From Clostridium sp. (lineage in GTDB: Bacteria; Bacillota; Clostridia; Clostridiales; Clostridiaceae): a stretch of DNA of 64,000 nt. Where the stretch lies: NCBI RefSeq assembly GCF_036660475.1, contig NZ_JAVXAO010000001.1:38257-102256 (forward strand). The letters are read 5' to 3'. Below, piece by piece: positions 59,769-64,000 of the stretch (within the stretch, counting starts at the first letter, position 1; the number at the start of each line of letters is the position of its first letter). Below the pieces are notes generated by a model, which saw only the letters and a program-made list of their open reading frames with translations, was not told the origin of the DNA and made no database searches. Position numbers and translations under genes: made by a program.

Positions 59769-60227
59769 ATGAACTATGATTTTTATAAAACCTTTGTTGT
59801 ACTAGCTGAAACTAAAAATTTCTCTAAGACTGCTGAAAAATTAAATATTGTTCAATCTACAGCATCAAATAGAATACAAGAACTTGAAAAATATCTTGGT
59901 ACTGATTTATTTTGTAGAACCAATAAATCCGTTGCGTTAACTGAAGCTGGTTTAAACTTTCTCCCTTATGCTAAGAGAATCGTAGCCATTGAATTAGAGG
60001 GCTTAAGCTTGTTAAATAATTTAAACTACAAAGATACCCTTAAAATAGGAGCTGTCCATTCCCTTTATTCTGGCTATATCAAAGATGCTTTGAAAAAATT
60101 AATGATACATATGCCTAACATTTCTATAGAAATCACACTAAGTCATACCCCTAATTTATTAGAAATGTTGCATGATAACCTTATTGATATTGGATTTGTT
60201 TTTACTAAGCCAAAGTCAAATAAATAA
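59769..60227 (+). pseudogene. LysR-family regulator truncated after about half its length
   Basis: HTH NFSKTAEKLNIVQSTASNRIQELEKYLG plus only the start of the substrate-binding domain. It is 152 aa against the usual ~300 and ends 56 bp from the convergent dnaB-like gene. Confidence 0.6.
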
Positions 60228-60283
60228 TTAGAATTTTTATTAGCTCAAAATCCATGTGTAACTTTCATGATTTTTCATCTTTT

Positions 60284-61573
60284 TTACTCATAAAATCTCT
60301 GCACTTCAGGCTTCCATTTTAATTTTAAGGTTCCTGTAATTCCATTTCTATTTTTCCCTACTATAACATCGCAAACACCTTTCTCTTTACAGTCATAATC
60401 ATAATAATCTTGTCTATGAAGCAGCATCACTATATCTGCATCCTGCTCTATACTTCCTGAATCTCTAAGATCTGAAATTGTTGGTCTTTTGTCACCTCTA
60501 CCTTCAGATGCTCTATTAAGCTGTGCTAGTGCTACCACACATATATCAAGTTCTCTAGCTAGATTTTTTAACTCCCTAGATATTTTAGTTACTTCATTAT
60601 ATCTACTTCCATTTGCATCTTTATCCCCTTTTATAAGTTGAAGATAATCTATCACCACTACATCTAGTCCACCTTTTAACTTCTCCTTCATAACCCTTGC
60701 TCTTATCTCACCTACCGTTAATGCTCCTCCATCATATATAAAAGCATATCTGCTACTAAGCCTAGCTGCTGCATTCATTAAAGTTTCAAATTCCTCATCA
60801 TTTAACTTTCCTGATTTTATCTTCTGCATAGGAATATCTCCATCATCGCTAAGTAATCTATCTGCCAGTTCCTCCTTAGACATTTCAAAGGAGAATATGG
60901 CAACTCTATTTTCTATGGCTGCCTTAGAAGCAATATTTAACCCTAAGGCAGTTTTACCCATGGAAGGTCTTCCTGCAATAATATTAAAATTCCCTTTTTT
61001 AAGACCTCCCGTAACCTTATCTAAAGATTTCATACCAGTAGTAGCTCCAACCACAGTGCCCTTATTTATATATCTTTTTTCTATGCCATCTATAGATGAA
61101 TTAAGACATTCCTCTAATGTAAACATTCTGCCTCTATCCTCTACAATCTTATATAATTCATCCCCCATTTTACTTATGATATCTGCTCCTAGAATACTAT
61201 TATCTTGGCTATTTTTAAGTATTTCATTACACATCATAATTAATTTCCTCTTTATGGCTCTATCCCTTATATTTGCGCAATGATATTTAATATTATCTGC
61301 CGCTGTACTGCTTTCATATAACTTTGTTAAGTAGGTAATACCTCCAGTCTCCATAAGCTTTCCCGTATTATTAAGAGCTTCTGCAATGGTTGGTATATCT
61401 ACTGTTATCCCATCTTCATATATCCTACATATTTCCCTGTAAATTTTTTTATGACTTTCATAGTAAAGTTCTTCAGGTTTTATTAATTCTATAACTTCAT
61501 CTATTATTCTAGGATAACAAATCATTCCCCCAAGAATTGCTTGCTCCCCTTGTAATGTTTTTGGTAACTCCAT
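60284..61573 (-). CDS. dnaB: DnaB-family replicative DNA helicase (accessory copy)
   Basis: N-terminal DnaB domain (LPKTLQGEQAILGGMI), Walker A AGRPSMGKTAL, DYLQLI and the SGSIEQDADIV motif. It is adjacent to a RepA_N gene rather than rplI. Confidence 0.88.
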   Translation of the reverse strand: MELPKTLQGEQAILGGMICYPRIIDEVIELIKPEELYYESHKKIYREICRIYEDGITVDIPTIAEALNNTGKLMETGGITYLTKLYESSTAADNIKYHCANIRDRAIKRKLIMMCNEILKNSQDNSILGADIISKMGDELYKIVEDRGRMFTLEECLNSSIDGIEKRYINKGTVVGATTGMKSLDKVTGGLKKGNFNIIAGRPSMGKTALGLNIASKAAIENRVAIFSFEMSKEELADRLLSDDGDIPMQKIKSGKLNDEEFETLMNAAARLSSRYAFIYDGGALTVGEIRARVMKEKLKGGLDVVVIDYLQLIKGDKDANGSRYNEVTKISRELKNLARELDICVVALAQLNRASEGRGDKRPTISDLRDSGSIEQDADIVMLLHRQDYYDYDCKEKGVCDVIVGKNRNGITGTLKLKWKPEVQRFYE

Positions 61574-61597
61574 ACTTAACGCCCCCTAATTTTACTT

Positions 61598-61663
61598 AGG
61601 CATCTTCAAAAATAAATAAGTTAGTACCCTCTACTTTTTTCAGTTATTTATTTTAAGATGCCT
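61598..61663. repeat. Palindromic element, copy 2
   Basis: aggcatcttcaaaaataaataagttagtaccctctacttttttcagttatttattttaagatgcct. It lies 25 nt upstream of the dnaB-like start. Confidence 0.75.
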
Positions 61664-61728
61664 TAGCTATTATTCAAACTACACCACGCAGTAAGCATAA
61701 TCTTAGACTCATGAAAGTCCTAAATCTC

Positions 61729-61761
61729 ACTTGTCTAATACTTGTCTAATACTTGTCCTAT
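61729..61761. repeat. Three tandem 11-bp direct repeats (iteron-like)
   Basis: acttgtctaat acttgtctaat acttgtcctat. The array overlaps the stop codon of the RepA_N gene. Confidence 0.8.
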
Positions 61762-62708
61762 AGTTCATCTAAGTTAATAGCTTTTAAATACCCATAATTA
61801 AAATTATCCTCATGGCTATACCCTTTATTTACTGAGTTATCATAGCCTTCTTTATAATAATTTTTCTTATAGCCCTCCTTATAATTTCCCTTACCATAAC
61901 TTTTCTTATAATCCCCATTGTGATCTTTGCTATAATTTTTTTTATAATCTTTTTTAGCCTCTGGCTTATATATATTATTTTCAGGATTATTTAAATCAGG
62001 TTTATTAGGGTTCGTTTTTTCACCCTTGGTAGTAATAATATTTGACTCTTCCTTAGGATAATTTTCATCACCTAAAGTATCAACTTTTATCTTATCCTCT
62101 TGATAAATTTTATTATCTAAAGTGTTAGTTTCTATGTTCTGATTTTTTAAATTTTCATCACTAAAACTGTTAAGTTTACCTTCTTCATCTTTATAATTGT
62201 TATTACCATCTTCTTTATCCACACTTCTACTTTCTGAATTTTGTCCACTTCTATCTTCCAAACCTTCCACATTTTCCACAATTTTAGTTTTTTTCTCTGC
62301 TTTAAGCTCTCTGTCTTGTTCAACTTCTACCTCTGTTTCTGCTGCTGTCTCTTCCCTAATTACCGCTCCTAAGTAAAATCTTCTTGAAGCATTATACCCT
62401 TCAAATTTCTCAATTCTTAAAAGTCCAACACTCTCAAGCTCCCTTACAATTTTTCTTGCAGTAGCCACTGATACATTCAGCTTCTTACATATACAATCTA
62501 ATGAAGCTATTATAAATACTTTCCCATATTTATCCCTCATATTATTACGAAAACTAAGATTAAGCCTGTCCTTTAATATCCCATAAAGTAATATAGAATC
62601 ATTACTAAGAACCTGCCTATATTTTTCAAGTCTATATAAAGCATGAGGAAAAGTTCCAAAACTCTCCCTATCCATATTTTCTTCATTTAACTCCATAAAA
62701 TTACCCAC
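61758..62708 (-). CDS. Replication initiator protein, RepA_N family, with long low-complexity C-terminal half
   Basis: The N-terminal ~115 aa (FPHALYRLEKYRQVLSNDSILLYGILKDRLNLSFRNNMRDKYGKVFI...VATARKIVRELESVGLLRIEK) fit the RepA_N pattern. The rest is E/K/N/Y-rich. Confidence 0.75.
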   Translation of the reverse strand: MGNFMELNEENMDRESFGTFPHALYRLEKYRQVLSNDSILLYGILKDRLNLSFRNNMRDKYGKVFIIASLDCICKKLNVSVATARKIVRELESVGLLRIEKFEGYNASRRFYLGAVIREETAAETEVEVEQDRELKAEKKTKIVENVEGLEDRSGQNSESRSVDKEDGNNNYKDEEGKLNSFSDENLKNQNIETNTLDNKIYQEDKIKVDTLGDENYPKEESNIITTKGEKTNPNKPDLNNPENNIYKPEAKKDYKKNYSKDHNGDYKKSYGKGNYKEGYKKNYYKEGYDNSVNKGYSHEDNFNYGYLKAINLDEL

Positions 62709-62847
62709 ATTAATCTCTCCCTACATTTTAAAATTATTATTTTCACTGAACATATATGCAGAGAAGGTTTAATATTGTAAAAAAATTTTAAAGTTTTCTA
62801 AAGTTTTTTTATTCCATAATCATCGCTCTATATTTTCTCTTTCAAGG

Positions 62848-62897
62848 TTTAAATTTGAAATTCTTAATTCTTATTCTTAATTCTTAATTTTTAATTC
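62848..62897. repeat. 7-bp-period tandem repeat
   Basis: tttaaat ttgaaat tcttaat tcttatt cttaatt cttaatt tttaatt. Confidence 0.8.
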
Positions 62898-62952
62898 CAC
62901 GTTTACTTTTCTCCCTTGGATTTTTCTTTTCTTATCACCTAAATGTTTATAT

Positions 62953-62991
62953 AAAAAGAAGAACTGCACCACCTCCTCAGTGGTACAGTTC
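62953..62991 (-). terminator. Terminator downstream of the MFS gene
   Basis: Minus strand: gaactgtaccac-tgaggagg-tggtgcagttc followed by ttcttttt. Confidence 0.6.
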
Positions 62992-63070
62992 TCCATATTC
63001 TCTATTTTAAATTAAAATAATCGATTGAACTTTTATTTTCTTAAAATGTTTTAAATCATGAATCATAAAC

Positions 63071-63180
63071 TTTTAATTTTTAAATTTTAAATTCATAATT
63101 CATAATTCCCAATTTATAATTCTCAATTCATAATTCATAATTTATAATTCATAATTTATAATTCATAATTTCCAATTTAA
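63071..63180. repeat. Longest 7-bp-period array in the window (about 15 units)
   Basis: tttaatt tttaaat tttaaat then (cataatt/tataatt/cccaatt/ctcaatt/tccaatt) x12. It ends at the TAA of the MFS gene. Confidence 0.9.
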
Positions 63181-64000
63181 ATAAACCCTTTTTTTCTAGA
63201 ATTATATAAAAGATAATTCCCCATGGCAAATGCTATACTTGCTACAAAGAATGCCATCTGTATTGATGATACTTTCACTATTATTCCAGATAAAACAGTT
63301 CCACTCATTATACCTAAATACATAGTTGTAGAAATTATCCCATTTATTTTCCCTAAGTACTCTTGCTCTGTCATTTTAGTTATAGTAGTCATTATATACC
63401 CACTTAACACACCACCTATAACATTATCCACAAATTGAAGTAACATAGTTACCCAAGCTATAGTAGAATACCCCTCAAAAAATACAGTTACAGTAAATAT
63501 TCCAAGGGTAAAATATAATATCCTCATATCCTTTAATTTCTTAGATATTAGAATATATATTCCTCCACCAATAATAACTCCAACACCTGCTATTCCCGAG
63601 AAAAATTGATAATATTTTTCATCCAGTCCAAGCCTCTCTGTCACTAAAAATATATCCAAATTATTTGATATACCAATAGCAAGTGAAATTATAAAAAATA
63701 GCTTAGTAAATACCATTAAGGTAGGTTTTTTCTTTAGATAATTATATGTAAGTTTAACATCATTTATAAATCCACCATCTTCAGTCTTAGTAAACTCTAC
63801 TTTAGGTAAGGTAATTAATATGGATAATGACACCAAAAATAAAACTGCTATTATACTAATTGTCTTATCTATTCCAAATGTAAAATACAAATATGATCCC
63901 ATAAATGGACCAACTATACTAAATACAGAACCTAATAATTGCGATATACCTATTGCACTATCAATATCATTCTCATCCACATATTCCTTGAAATATTTCT
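63177..64000 (-). CDS. MFS transporter, C-terminal part (5' end beyond the window)
   Basis: The frame stays open to base 64000 (..KYFKEYVDENDIDSAIGISQLLGS..). Six hydrophobic helices are typical of the MFS C-terminal half. Confidence 0.7.
   Translation of the reverse strand, partial: KYFKEYVDENDIDSAIGISQLLGSVFSIVGPFMGSYLYFTFGIDKTISIIAVLFLVSLSILITLPKVEFTKTEDGGFINDVKLTYNYLKKKPTLMVFTKLFFIISLAIGISNNLDIFLVTERLGLDEKYYQFFSGIAGVGVIIGGGIYILISKKLKDMRILYFTLGIFTVTVFFEGYSTIAWVTMLLQFVDNVIGGVLSGYIMTTITKMTEQEYLGKINGIISTTMYLGIMSGTVLSGIIVKVSSIQMAFFVASIAFAMGNYLLYNSRKKGFI

Larger units (their letters stand above)
60228..64000. mobile_element. Candidate edge of an integrated plasmid/ICE-like element (replication module plus MFS gene); the far boundary is outside the window
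   Basis: A truncated LysR sits at the junction. Inside are an accessory DnaB, RepA_N, iteron-like repeats and dense AT-rich repeats. No integrase is visible inside the window. Confidence 0.35.

Noticed and set aside
60284-61573. This DnaB could be the housekeeping replicative helicase.
   Set aside because: Its context argues for an accessory, element-borne copy: a RepA_N initiator, iteron-like repeats and a truncated neighbour gene. This cannot be proven without the rest of the genome.
273-63438. Many track ORFs lie antisense to or inside longer genes. Examples are 273-461, 3124-3498, 5292-5543, 6224-6427, 8470-8694, 9504-9695, 10207-10482, 10708-10911, 11053-11337, 12344-12577, 13080-13301, the 14391-16754 set, 20962-21367, 25345-25554, 26487-26675, 27879-28202, 29533-29730, 30930-31163, 31817-32617, 36643-37666, 42396-42692, 42991-43260, 44511-44924, 45858-46073, 46736-46930, 47237-47620, 51277-51537, 52165-52362, 53792-53986, 56470-56763, 57556-57816, 59087-59290, 60897-61283 and 63223-63438.
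   Set aside because: Each overlaps a longer ORF on the opposite strand or in another frame that has clear family motifs. The translations are low-complexity (I/L/F/S-rich), as expected from the antisense of AT-rich coding DNA, and they have no RBS.

Overview
This is a low-GC Firmicutes chromosomal segment that looks Clostridium-like: it carries a clostridial 2x[4Fe-4S] ferredoxin, spore photoproduct lyase, DUF1540 and YaaR. I support about 60 protein genes and saw no rRNA, tRNA or CRISPR. Most of the window is ordinary housekeeping and accessory metabolism. It contains a DEAD-box helicase, thioredoxin, an amino-acid ABC importer, NAD synthase, a split chromate transporter, a P-type ATPase, a divergent galR-galM / galK-galT cluster, a Cache-GGDEF-EAL protein, an ECF sigma/anti-sigma module, class II ribonucleotide reductase, a two-component system, an ABC-2 exporter and a nitrilase-family gene.

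The stretches I consider most worth a second look are:
1. 17.35-20.25 kb holds an RRNPP-type (XRE-HTH + TPR) quorum-sensing cassette. It has an unlisted 43-aa secreted pro-peptide gene, followed by a tandem paralogous receptor that lacks the DNA-binding domain and has no peptide gene of its own.
2. A family of 7-bp-period AT-rich tandem repeats lies in at least ten intergenic regions, and several copies share a small hairpin 'head'.
3. A plasmid/ICE-like replication module (RepA_N initiator, three 11-bp iteron-like repeats, accessory DnaB helicase) abuts a truncated LysR gene at about 60.2 kb.
4. A roughly 70-bp palindromic element is present twice.
5. Two candidate cis-regulators are present: a Mn2+ (yybP-ykoY-like) riboswitch with an overlapping terminator ahead of the P-type ATPase, and tandem NrdR boxes ahead of nrdJ.

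All calls come from reading the sequence and the translations. No database search was possible.
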